Shown here: piece after piece, positions 1 through 6,952 of the stretch
Numbering within the stretch: the stretch's first letter is position 1
Layout of the letters: each line of letters starts with the position of its first letter
DNA from: a virus
Lineage: Duplodnaviria > Caudoviricetes
DNA length: 37,868 nucleotides
Virus record (IMG/VR): IMGVR_UViG_3300031951_000518
Span: 1-37,868 of that record
Strand: one strand, 5' to 3'
The notes under the pieces: generated by a model
What the model was told of the DNA's origin: nothing
Database searches by the model: none
What the model saw: the letters and a program-made list of their open reading frames with translations, nothing else
Position numbers and translations under genes: made by a program

Positions 1-269
1 TCGCCCAGGCACATTGCCGAGTGGTTGCTAGGCGGCAGCGGCTCCGGCTTGTGGTAGTGATGCCGGCGCCATGCGCGGACTTGGGGGCGGGCTCGGTAAG
101 GCCGATGCCGCTCAGCGCTGCGTTCCCGCACGTAATCTTCCCAATTGCGGGTCCAATAGCGATCCGTTGAATACCGTGTCTCATCCGCATGAGCTGGCAC
201 CAGGGCGGCGAGGATCAGCAGGCCGGTTACGATGGCAGCAATGATTAGCCACTTGAGAGCTTCGGTCAT
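1..269 (-). CDS. Hypothetical exported protein (3' end outside window)
   Basis: Not in ORF track; ATG at 269 overlaps TGA of the upstream gene (ATGA); reads MTEALKWLIIAAIVTGLLILAALVPAHA|DETRY..., a signal-peptide-like N-terminus; open to window edge. Confidence 0.7.
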   Translation of the reverse strand, partial: MTEALKWLIIAAIVTGLLILAALVPAHADETRYSTDRYWTRNWEDYVRERSAERHRPYRARPQVRAWRRHHYHKPEPLPPSNHSAMCLG

Positions 270-526
270 TCTGCGGCCTCCTGCATCGTGCGCGTTGTTT
301 CCAACTCGGCTAAATACGTCTCGATGTCGGATTGTTCGGTCTCATGCTTCAAGCGCTTCTCGGCGGTCATGGAATGCACCTTGATCGCCTTGCGAAGTGC
401 AGACTTCGAATAGCCCTCGCTGGCGGCGTCGTCGTAAGCCTCAGCAAGTGCCAGCTTGAGTTCGTCGATCTCTGCGGTTAGCCGCTCGATCTGTTGGGCG
501 CGGCGGGATAGATCACTGTTGGTCAT
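266..526 (-). CDS. gapR: GapR-like (DUF2312) nucleoid-associated DNA-binding protein
   Basis: 86 aa; IERL..EI..L...L.E.Y..A..EGY...ALRK.I pattern and C-terminal E..I.TYL match the DUF2312/GapR signature. Confidence 0.75.
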   Translation of the reverse strand: MTNSDLSRRAQQIERLTAEIDELKLALAEAYDDAASEGYSKSALRKAIKVHSMTAEKRLKHETEQSDIETYLAELETTRTMQEAAE

Positions 527-1308
527 TCGCGTTCGCCTGACATGCGCTTGGATGTAGTGGTGAGTTTCTGAAGATGAACCGCGTTGCCGCTGGCCTGCTG
601 CATGGCTTCAAACTCAGCCGCGCGACCGCGCTCCCATTGCGCCTTGCTTGCCTCGCCCGCGATCTTGCCGCCGCCCTTCATGGCCTCCACCAGAGCAGCC
701 GTAACGGCTGGCGCTTCCTCGCGCGAGATCGGCTTGAGCGGTTCGACCTTCGGCCCCTTGCCGCGGGCCGCAAGGATCATGGCCACGTCATAGTTGAGAT
801 GCGATTGCCCGTGGCCGGCGTAGTATTCCACGTCCTGGCTTGGCATGCGGAAGGCCATCATCATGGCCGGCGTCGGCAATTGCCCGTCGCGGTCGTAGCA
901 CTGCCGGATCACATCGCGCGCCACGTCCTCCAGGCTTCGCCCCCATCCTTGGCTCATGGCCATGTCGATCAGAGACGACTTGCTGTGCATCATGTACTCG
1001 CGGGCGGCCTGCTTCACCATTTCGTCGCGATGCTTGATGAGCCGATGCGCTTCGCTGTCGCCGGTTGGCGCCGGCAAGGCGGCTTCGCAAAAGTCGATCA
1101 GCTCGGCAGGCTTCGGCCACCACTTGCAATGCCTCAGAGCGCGGTCGCCGGCCTTGCGCAGCGTCGTGGCGTCGAAACCGGACAGCGCCGCCACGTATTC
1201 CGCGAAAAACTTGGGCGTAGCCTCTTCGGTCAAATTCTGCGGCATGCCGAACACGGCCGCCAACCGCTCAAGCATCGCCGTGACATGAGCGTCTGATCGC
1301 GCGTTCAT
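523..1308 (-). CDS. Putative replication protein (helicase-loader position)
   Basis: 261 aa; ATGA-coupled downstream of the initiator; L..F...TL..A......CKWWPKPAELI motif typical of genes following phage replication initiators. Confidence 0.5.
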   Translation of the reverse strand: MNARSDAHVTAMLERLAAVFGMPQNLTEEATPKFFAEYVAALSGFDATTLRKAGDRALRHCKWWPKPAELIDFCEAALPAPTGDSEAHRLIKHRDEMVKQAAREYMMHSKSSLIDMAMSQGWGRSLEDVARDVIRQCYDRDGQLPTPAMMMAFRMPSQDVEYYAGHGQSHLNYDVAMILAARGKGPKVEPLKPISREEAPAVTAALVEAMKGGGKIAGEASKAQWERGRAAEFEAMQQASGNAVHLQKLTTTSKRMSGERE

Positions 1309-2174
1309 TGGGCGGCCTCCATGCGCATGCGAGCCAGCACGTCGAAGGCGTTTTGCGTCCGTCGAGCGGCGTCCGAGATGGGTTTAGGCTGCGCTGCGCC
1401 TCGGCCATAAACGCCGTCGTGTGCTTTCGCGAAGCTCGATGCTTGCAACAGAAAGTCGAGGCTTGCCCGCCATCCGGTGTTGTTGCTGCCGCGCAGGAAA
1501 TCGCAGGTTTCGATATTCTTGAGCGCTCGGCTCCAACCATCCAGGCCATAGTCGCGCAGCCGGGCAATGATCTTGCGTTGGCGATCCGGCGTCATCCGTG
1601 ACGCCTGGGGCAGTCCGCAACGCAGCGCCGTTTCATTGTAGGCGTTGAATGCTTCAAGCGCCTGCGATGGCGTCGGTCCCCCCTTGGGGGTAAGGGGGAT
1701 AATCTTTTCTTTTTGGCTCTGGTTATGGCTCTCTAAAGAGACATTGATTTCTTGTGGTTTTTCGGAAAACTCTAGGGGGGTATCTTGGTGGGTATCCCCT
1801 AGGGCATCCTTATGGGTATCGGTCAGGGTATCCGGGCTGGTGTCCCGTCCGCGTACCGGATCAGCCGGTCGCTCTTGTTCCCTTTTCGCATAGGCAACGG
1901 ATGCGAGCTCGCGTTCTGCTCGGGGGACGGTGTAGCCGTCTGCGGTGTGCTTGAGCTTGCCGAGGTCGACGAGTTGGGTTTTGAGTTTCCGATATGCATT
2001 CGTGTTGGCTCCAATGAGCTTTGCGGCCTCGCTGTCGTTGAGCGGCAGACGGCGGTTGCTTTCGTAGATGAAGGCGCAGACGCGGACGTAGAAGCCTTCC
2101 TGCTCAAACGTCATGCCGATGCAGCCGGAGCGCCAATCGGATGGGTAGAACCTCACAAAGCGCGGGCCGCTCAT
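1305..2174 (-). CDS. Phage replication initiator, DUF1376/YdaU-type N-terminus
   Basis: Start re-called to ATG 2174 (MSGPRFVRFYPSDWRSG...EQEGFY); C-terminal FLRG.N.TGWRASLDFLL motif of lambda O-like initiators; internal iterons. Confidence 0.8.
   Translation of the reverse strand: MSGPRFVRFYPSDWRSGCIGMTFEQEGFYVRVCAFIYESNRRLPLNDSEAAKLIGANTNAYRKLKTQLVDLGKLKHTADGYTVPRAERELASVAYAKREQERPADPVRGRDTSPDTLTDTHKDALGDTHQDTPLEFSEKPQEINVSLESHNQSQKEKIIPLTPKGGPTPSQALEAFNAYNETALRCGLPQASRMTPDRQRKIIARLRDYGLDGWSRALKNIETCDFLRGSNNTGWRASLDFLLQASSFAKAHDGVYGRGAAQPKPISDAARRTQNAFDVLARMRMEAAQ
1778..1844. repeat. Six 12-bp-period GGGTATC repeats; probable replication-origin iterons
   Basis: GGGTATC at 1778, 1790, 1814, 1826; GGGCATC at 1802; TGGTGTC at 1838; adjacent AT-rich tract ~1700-1770; inside the initiator gene as for lambda ori. 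Confidence 0.65.
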
Positions 2175-2263
2175 AGCTGCACCGCCTTGAAATTGCCGCG
2201 AATATGTTGCATATGATGTCTCGCTTGTCGGTCTATGTACGCCTATGCGTTCGCACGCTTCCA

Positions 2264-2306
2264 AACGCCCCGATCCTTCCCAGCCCTGTGGATCGATCGG
2301 GGCGTT
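2264..2306 (-). other. Intergenic stem-loop between gcrA-like gene and initiator
   Basis: 12-bp perfect inverted repeat AACGCCCCGATC (2264-2275) / GATCGGGGCGTT (2295-2306). Confidence 0.55.
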
Positions 2307-2313
2307 GTTCGTT

Positions 2314-2865
2314 TCAGGCTTCTGTGATTGCGAGGCCCGCCTGCGTCACGCTCGGTCTAGTCGAGGGGACGCGAAGCTCGTAGTCGTGGCGTTGTTGTGG
2401 GGGCGCTGCGGGCTTGTACGCACGGCGCACATGCGCTTCGCAGTAGGGCAATCCCGTCACGCGGCGGTCGCCGCAGTAGGCCGGGTCAAAGATATTGCGC
2501 ACGGGCGCACAGACCCATTTGCAATGGCATTCCTCGAGGTCGACAACGCTCACCTTGGCGATGTCGGTGTTGACTTCTGGCGGCAATGGCTCGGATTTCA
2601 AAAGCGCCTGGATGCGGCTTGCCTGCGTGACTTTCGGTTGCCGGGCTTCGCGCTCTTGGCGCTCGATCTTGCGGAGCCTGGTCATCGTGCGGGAGATGCG
2701 ACGGTGGGTTTCAGCGGTGCGCTGTTGAGACATCCCCAGCCTGTGCACGCGACCGATGATGGCGTTGCGGGTGCGGCCTCCGAGGCGTTCCGCGATAATC
2801 GAGGCGCTTAGCCCCTGCTTCCACAATTCAACAAGCTGCAAATCTTCATCTTTATTCCAAAGCAT
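2314..2865 (-). CDS. gcrA: GcrA-family cell-cycle transcriptional regulator
   Basis: Start re-called to ATG 2865; N-terminal W...E...L.ELW.QGLSAS.IA.RLGG.TRNAIIGRVHRLG and C-terminal DL....CKW...YCG......PYCEAH...AY are both GcrA hallmarks. Confidence 0.92.
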   Translation of the reverse strand: MLWNKDEDLQLVELWKQGLSASIIAERLGGRTRNAIIGRVHRLGMSQQRTAETHRRISRTMTRLRKIERQEREARQPKVTQASRIQALLKSEPLPPEVNTDIAKVSVVDLEECHCKWVCAPVRNIFDPAYCGDRRVTGLPYCEAHVRRAYKPAAPPQQRHDYELRVPSTRPSVTQAGLAITEA

Positions 2866-2903
2866 CGCAGTGCCCCTGTTTTGCTTGCCTAGTCGTAGTG
2901 CAA

Positions 2904-2980
2904 GGCGCTCGGGACGTGGGAGCCAAGGAGCGGCGGAGTTGCCGAGAGAGCCAGTGCGCGGCAACGGAATCCCGAGCGCC
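2904..2980 (-). other. Branched stem-loop in the cro-gcrA intergenic region
   Basis: GGCGCTCGGGA (2904-2914) pairs with TCCCGAGCGCC (2970-2980); inner GTTGCCG (2938-2944) / CGGCAAC (2959-2965). Confidence 0.5.
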
Positions 2981-3028
2981 CAGCGCTAGGGCCGGGACGG
3001 TACGCAATGCAACTTGTACGGGGACGCT

Positions 3029-3268
3029 TTACGCGGCGAGGCTATTTCTTGTAGGGCGCGCCCGTGGTGCACCATACAGGTCCGGGCGGAGCTTCTTCCG
3101 ATTGATTCCGGTCGCGGCTTCCAGCTCTAACACACGTTCGGCCGGGATGCGTTTCCAGTTGGCAACGCTTGGCCCTTTAATATCAAGAAGGCGGGCAACG
3201 CCGCGCACCCCATAGAGGGCGATCAGACGTTGCAGCGGTGGTTCGCGGTCATGTGGTTTTACAGCCAT
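3029..3268 (-). CDS. Cro/YdaS-like HTH regulator
   Basis: 79 aa; G...VARLLDI..PSV.NW.RIPAERV..LE.ATGI....LRPDLY is the YdaS/Cro-like signature; first gene of the replication operon. Confidence 0.85.
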   Translation of the reverse strand: MAVKPHDREPPLQRLIALYGVRGVARLLDIKGPSVANWKRIPAERVLELEAATGINRKKLRPDLYGAPRARPTRNSLAA

Positions 3269-3274
3269 GGCGAC

Positions 3275-3303
3275 AGTGTAAGTGTTGGGCTTTGCGTCGT
3301 CAA
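3275..3303 (-). promoter_or_regulatory. Sigma70-type promoter for cro operon (probably leaderless)
   Basis: Minus strand TTGACG (3303-3298) - 17 bp - TACACT (3280-3275); ATG lies 6 nt after the -10; no SD. Confidence 0.7.
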
Positions 3304-3398
3304 GCGCGATCAGCGCCGCGTTGCGTCGTCAACACGTTTTCAACAATTTTTGCGCGGCTGCATTTTTCCGGTTGACGAATCGTTAGCGTCGGGCTTAC
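3278..3398. promoter_or_regulatory. Two 17-bp operator-like sites, one in each early promoter
   Basis: GTAAGTGTTGGGCTTTG (3278-3294) and GTTAGCGTCGGGCTTAC (3382-3398); consensus GTAAG-N7-CTTAC dyad; also direct repeat TTGCGTCGTCAA at 3292 and 3321. Confidence 0.55.
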
Positions 3399-3401
3399 AG
3401 T
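3372..3401 (+). promoter_or_regulatory. Sigma70-type promoter for the rightward early operon
   Basis: TTGACG (3372-3377) - 18 bp - TACAGT (3396-3401). Confidence 0.6.
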
Positions 3402-3407
3402 CTGCAT

Positions 3408-3476
3408 ATCCACCGGGGCAACCGGAAGCGTGATCCGGCCGACAAGCATCGTTCCCCCATACCCGCCCCGGTGGAT
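3408..3476 (+). other. Structured 5' leader
   Basis: 12-bp stem ATCCACCGGGGC (3408-3419) / GCCCCGGTGGAT (3465-3476) with inner CCGGA/TCCGG hairpin; begins at the predicted transcription start. Confidence 0.5.
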
Positions 3477-3492
3477 TTAACAGGGGCACACC

Positions 3493-3831
3493 ATGAACGA
3501 GATTGAGATTGAGGTCGATCAGATCGACGTGATCCTTCAAGGCCACGAACTGACGTTGAGCTTCCACGGGGTCGTGACGTTCAATCCTAAAAAGCAGGTC
3601 TTGCGGATCGAGCAATTCGGCAAACTGAAGCCGTGGAGCCGCCAGTACGAGCGCCTCGAGGTCTGCCCGAAGTCGAGCCGCGATCTCTATCAAGCACTCG
3701 AAGCCGGGTTTTTGAGCGCATACGCGCAAGATATCGATGACGCCATTTATGACTGGGCCGTTGACAACGGCGAATACGTCGACCGGCACGAGGACATGTT
3801 CCCGCCGCGTCGCATCCGCGACTACATCTGA
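3493..3831 (+). CDS. Hypothetical acidic early protein
   Basis: 112 aa; first ORF after the promoter; ACAGGGG RBS-like motif upstream. Confidence 0.75.
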   Translation: MNEIEIEVDQIDVILQGHELTLSFHGVVTFNPKKQVLRIEQFGKLKPWSRQYERLEVCPKSSRDLYQALEAGFLSAYAQDIDDAIYDWAVDNGEYVDRHEDMFPPRRIRDYI

Positions 3832-3840
3832 AATTCAAAC

Positions 3841-3927
3841 ACCGACGCGGGGCAGCGGGGGTTGCCTTGAGGGCAGCGTCGGTCAGGCGGGGGCGGCTGC
3901 AAGACGCGGACGGGGACCGCCCCCGCC
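3841..3927 (+). other. Tandem GC-rich hairpins, intergenic
   Basis: ACCGACGC (3841-3848) / GCGTCGGT (3876-3883), then GGCGGGGGCGG (3886-3896) / CCGCCCCCGCC (3917-3927). Confidence 0.5.
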
Positions 3928-3953
3928 GACACTCATTCAAACGGAGGCAAATC

Positions 3954-4115
3954 ATGCGGGTCATCTGGATCATCATGAATCTTGAGGCGGGAAAGCCGGA
4001 GCCCGGCGACTACGCATCAGAGCGCGACGCAAAGCTTGCCATCCTGAAACTAGCAGACGCGCAGAGCCGCCCCGTCAGTGATTGGCGCGCGCACCGTATC
4101 CAGTTTGAGGAATGA
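3954..4115 (+). CDS. Hypothetical protein (53 aa)
   Basis: GGAGG SD then ATG 3954: MRVIWIIMNLEAGKPEPGDY... Confidence 0.7.
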   Translation: MRVIWIIMNLEAGKPEPGDYASERDAKLAILKLADAQSRPVSDWRAHRIQFEE

Positions 4116-4117
4116 CA

Positions 4118-4198
4118 ATGCAGCGTGAAGTGGCGTTCGCTTGGGCCGTGCTTTTGTCGGCCATGTTTGTTTGCGGGTATCTCATAGGGAGCAGTTAA
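4118..4198 (+). CDS. Small hydrophobic peptide (26 aa)
   Basis: Not in track; GAGG SD, MQREVAFAWAVLLSAMFVCGYLIGSS*; single TM-like stretch. Confidence 0.5.
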   Translation: MQREVAFAWAVLLSAMFVCGYLIGSS

Positions 4199-4213
4199 TG
4201 GACAGGGCAACGG

Positions 4214-4354
4214 ATGGACAGGTTGATATGGCTGCGAGGGATAGCGGGGGCGATAGCGCATCTGCTGATCGTAGCGGTGACGTTGGTGATCGGGTTGTTG
4301 ATCGGCAAGGGAATGGCCGATCTTGCGAGGTATCTCGCGGCTTGGATCGGGTGA
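4214..4354 (+). CDS. Small membrane protein (46 aa)
   Basis: Not in track; MDRLIWLRGIAGAIAHLLIVAVTLVIGLLIGKGMADLARYLAAWIG*; its TGA overlaps the GTG start of ERF (GTGA). Confidence 0.6.
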   Translation: MDRLIWLRGIAGAIAHLLIVAVTLVIGLLIGKGMADLARYLAAWIG

Positions 4355-5034
4355 CGCCGATCCCTGCGAGCATCGTGCAAGCGATTTGCCAGATAAAAAT
4401 CACGGTTGATGCCGTGAAGAAATCGAGCCGCAATCAGCACGGTGGCTATCAGTTCGCATCTACCGACGACATCTACGCGGCGATCACGCGGAAGATGGGC
4501 GAAGTCGGCTTGATCCTGATGTCGCTCGAAGAACGCTGCGAGATTAAGCGAATTGAGAAGGACGGCAAAACGAGCCAATGGGCGCACATGGAGTATTCCT
4601 TTGTGCTCGCCACGTCCAAGGACACATGGAGCCATCCGACATTGCGCCGGACGCTCTACATTCAAGTTACGGGGCCGCAAACCTTCCAGGCTGCGCAGAG
4701 CTACGCGGAGAAGTCGTTCTATCGGTCGTTGTTCTCGCTGCCGACCGGAGATCAAGATCTCGACAGCATGCCGCAAGCTGACAGTGAGGAAGAGCAAGCG
4801 GAACTAACAGCGCCTCGCAAGGCCAAGTCCTCTTATCGCGCAAAGAAAGACGGCACGGACACGGTATTCAACGAATTGCGCGGCGCCATCAGCGGCGCTG
4901 ATGGTCCGGCTGATCTTGCCAACATCAAGCGTCAAGCGTTTGCGACGTGGCAGGCAATGCCAGACCGCTGGCGTCAGATCCTCGATGAAGAATTCGAGGA
5001 CCGCATGAAGGAATTCGAAGCGGAGACGGCGTGA
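4351..5034 (+). CDS. ERF-family single-strand annealing recombinase
   Basis: KK...N..GGYQFAS.DDI and Q..QAA.SYA.K......F..PTGD.D.D ERF motifs; start re-called to GTG 4351. Confidence 0.85.
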   Translation: MTPIPASIVQAICQIKITVDAVKKSSRNQHGGYQFASTDDIYAAITRKMGEVGLILMSLEERCEIKRIEKDGKTSQWAHMEYSFVLATSKDTWSHPTLRRTLYIQVTGPQTFQAAQSYAEKSFYRSLFSLPTGDQDLDSMPQADSEEEQAELTAPRKAKSSYRAKKDGTDTVFNELRGAISGADGPADLANIKRQAFATWQAMPDRWRQILDEEFEDRMKEFEAETA

Positions 5035-5207
5035 TGAAAATCCGCACCTCACACGTTTACCCGCCGATCCCGATCCGCGATTTTGATTGGGCCGCCGTGA
5101 CTGACGATTACGAGCCCGGCCATCCAATTGGACGCGGCCCAACAGAGCAGGCGGCGATTGACGATCTCAATGCCCAACTGCGGGAGCTGGCCGATGCTGA
5201 CGAATAA
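5034..5207 (+). CDS. Hypothetical phage protein (57 aa)
   Basis: Not in track; TGATG-coupled to ERF; MKIRTSHVYPPIPIRDFDWAAVTDDYEPGHPIGRGPTEQAAIDDL... Confidence 0.7.
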   Translation: MKIRTSHVYPPIPIRDFDWAAVTDDYEPGHPIGRGPTEQAAIDDLNAQLRELADADE

Positions 5208-5499
5208 GCGCCGGCCTTGCAGGTCTCAACTCTATTCAACTGAAGCGTGCCGCGTCCGTAACCTCGTCAAAGGCTTTGTGGCCGATGGATTAGGATGGGA
5301 GGACATATGCCGCGAGTTAGACCGGCAGTATCGAATCAAGGCCGATCGCAAGCAACTGCGCCGGATGGTGCTGGATTGGTCGACCTTATCAGAGACGCTG
5401 AACGATCAAACGCCGAATTGCTCAGCGCCCTCGAATCTCTCCAGCGACGCGAGCGCGTCAACGATCAGCTTGTCATTGCCTCAGCCATGCGAGCGCTAG
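5194..5499 (+). CDS. Hypothetical protein
   Basis: GGAG SD then ATG 5194; C-terminal third overlaps the next ORF. Confidence 0.45.
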   Translation: MLTNKRRPCRSQLYSTEACRVRNLVKGFVADGLGWEDICRELDRQYRIKADRKQLRRMVLDWSTLSETLNDQTPNCSAPSNLSSDASASTISLSLPQPCER

Positions 5500-5594
5500 G
5501 CCGGTGTCTTGAAGCGGAAGGCTTGAGCCCATCGGCTCGGGAGCAAGTGAGAAGCGCGCACAAGATGTGCCGGGCAAGTATGGGGTTGCCATGA
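5376..5594 (+). CDS. Hypothetical helical protein (start uncertain)
   Basis: LVDLIRDAERSNAELL...; stop overlaps ATG of next gene (ATGA at 5591). Confidence 0.5.
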   Translation: MVDLIRDAERSNAELLSALESLQRRERVNDQLVIASAMRALGRCLEAEGLSPSAREQVRSAHKMCRASMGLP

Positions 5595-5998
5595 GCAAGC
5601 CGAGAAGCATTGACCAGCACCGCCGGTTCTTCGGCCTCATTGCAGCGGCGTTTCATCATTGGCCGGAAAGCTACAAGAAGTTCCAGCCCGACAGCGCCGA
5701 GCATTTGCGCGCGTGGCTGCTGGTGAAGGCCAAGCGCCGCACCATCAAAACCTTCCACATGCACGACGACGCCAGCGACACGGCGGCTCTGATCCCGATC
5801 GTGATTTCCATGATGACGGGCAAACACTCTTGGGCGTGGGCAAAAGGTAATGACCTTTATGTGTGCGTGCCTGAAAGCATCGCCTTTGACAAGTGCACGC
5901 ATGCCGAGTTCTGCAAGTTGAACGATGACGTTGACGAGGTAATCCGCGTTGAAACCGGCCTCGATCCCGAGGCGCTGTTGAGGGAGCGCGCCGCATGA
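5591..5998 (+). CDS. DUF1367/NinB-like recombination accessory protein
   Basis: PRS..QHRRFFGL N-terminus and PESIAFDK...EF C-terminus. Confidence 0.7.
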   Translation: MSKPRSIDQHRRFFGLIAAAFHHWPESYKKFQPDSAEHLRAWLLVKAKRRTIKTFHMHDDASDTAALIPIVISMMTGKHSWAWAKGNDLYVCVPESIAFDKCTHAEFCKLNDDVDEVIRVETGLDPEALLRERAA

Positions 5999-6228
5999 GC
6001 GATGAACTCGACAAACTAACACCCATGGGCTGCTGGATTTTGCGATCAGCAGTTGAGAAAGCAATTGAGAAAGCAGAAGCCGACATTGCACGGCCCGCGC
6101 TTAAAGATCTGCGGCCCGATGCTAAGGCGTATTTTGAAGATCAGCACAGGCAAACGATGGAAGCGCTTCCCGTGCTTCGAGCCTTGTCTAAACGGCTATG
6201 GGTTTTGTCGGTCAAGGACATCACATGA
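5995..6228 (+). CDS. Hypothetical protein
   Basis: 77 aa; ATGA-coupled on both sides. Confidence 0.7.
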   Translation: MSDELDKLTPMGCWILRSAVEKAIEKAEADIARPALKDLRPDAKAYFEDQHRQTMEALPVLRALSKRLWVLSVKDIT

Positions 6229-6536
6229 CCCGCGCTTTCCCTAAGTCCGTAAAGCTCGCGGCGTGGGAACGCTGCGGCGGCAAGTGCGAGTGTGGTTGCG
6301 GGCAGAAGATCCTGACCGCCGAATACGATCACTGGCCCACGCCCTACGCTTACGGCGGCACGAACGCACTCGAAAATTGCCGCGTTCTAAGCGCGCGATG
6401 TCATCGCAAGATCACGGCAGAAGTCGATCAGCCACGCATCGCCAAGGCCACGAGGATTGAAGAGAAGCGCGCGGGTTTGCGCAAGTCCAAGCGCCCGTTT
6501 CCAAAGCGGCACGATCCATGGGGCAAGGGGCTATGA
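6225..6536 (+). CDS. HNH endonuclease
   Basis: CGGKCECGC...EYDH......GG.N..ENC..L...CH..IT; start ATG 6225. Confidence 0.85.
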   Translation: MTRAFPKSVKLAAWERCGGKCECGCGQKILTAEYDHWPTPYAYGGTNALENCRVLSARCHRKITAEVDQPRIAKATRIEEKRAGLRKSKRPFPKRHDPWGKGL

Positions 6537-6640
6537 CGCACCGGCTATGGACAATTCAGGAAGTTGCGGAGCATCTTCGGTGCACGCCCCGCCATGTGCG
6601 CAACCTCAAGATCCCGGTGGCAGGAACGGACAGGCCGTGA
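6533..6640 (+). pseudogene. Truncated excisionase-like (Xis/HTH_17-type) peptide, 35 aa
   Basis: Not in track; ATGA-coupled; MTHRLWTIQEVAEHLRCTPRHVRNLKIPVAGTDRP* has the Xis HTH start but lacks the wing and last helix. Confidence 0.55.
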
Positions 6641-6921
6641 ACGAATCTCGAAATTCCCCAGCATCGACCCCCAGCAGCGACACGGCCACCATGTTGCGCC
6701 CTTGGATTATTGAGGTTGACGGTCGCGCCGTCGAAATGCGGGCGCCTGGACCGTACAAGGCCAGACCCGCCAGCGATCAAACGGACGACTGGCCGGCTTG
6801 GTATGTGACTGACAGCGGGGGCCGGCGGAATGTTGCCGGCTTTGGTCGCGGTGCGGTGCTGTGTGACCGGGAGTTTGCGGAGCGGGTTGCGGCTGTTGCC
6901 AATGAAAAAGCCCGGCGGTGA
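6637..6921 (+). CDS. Hypothetical protein (start uncertain)
   Basis: GTGA-coupled start; last gene of the rightward operon. Confidence 0.55.
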   Translation: MNESRNSPASTPSSDTATMLRPWIIEVDGRAVEMRAPGPYKARPASDQTDDWPAWYVTDSGGRRNVAGFGRGAVLCDREFAERVAAVANEKARR

Positions 6922-6930
6922 TGCCGGGCT
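6905..6930 (-). terminator. Rho-independent terminator ending the leftward small-gene array
   Basis: Minus strand GCCCGGC-ATCACC-GCCGGGC followed by TTTTT. Confidence 0.8.
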
Positions 6931-6952
6931 GTGCAGGTGAGTGGCCTTTCCT

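Noticed and set aside
3340-3789. 149-aa minus-strand ORF as a possible cI repressor
   Set aside because: No HTH or S24 peptidase motifs; same orientation as cro and antisense to the better-supported 3493-3831 gene
2880-3950. tRNA or other named ncRNA among the structured intergenic segments
   Set aside because: No cloverleaf with T-loop GTTCRA and acceptor stem; no family recognisable by eye, so reported only as unnamed structures
4141-4350. N-terminal 70 aa of the 297-aa ERF ORF in the track
   Set aside because: ERF similarity starts at GTG 4351; the upstream DNA is better explained by two small ORFs in other frames
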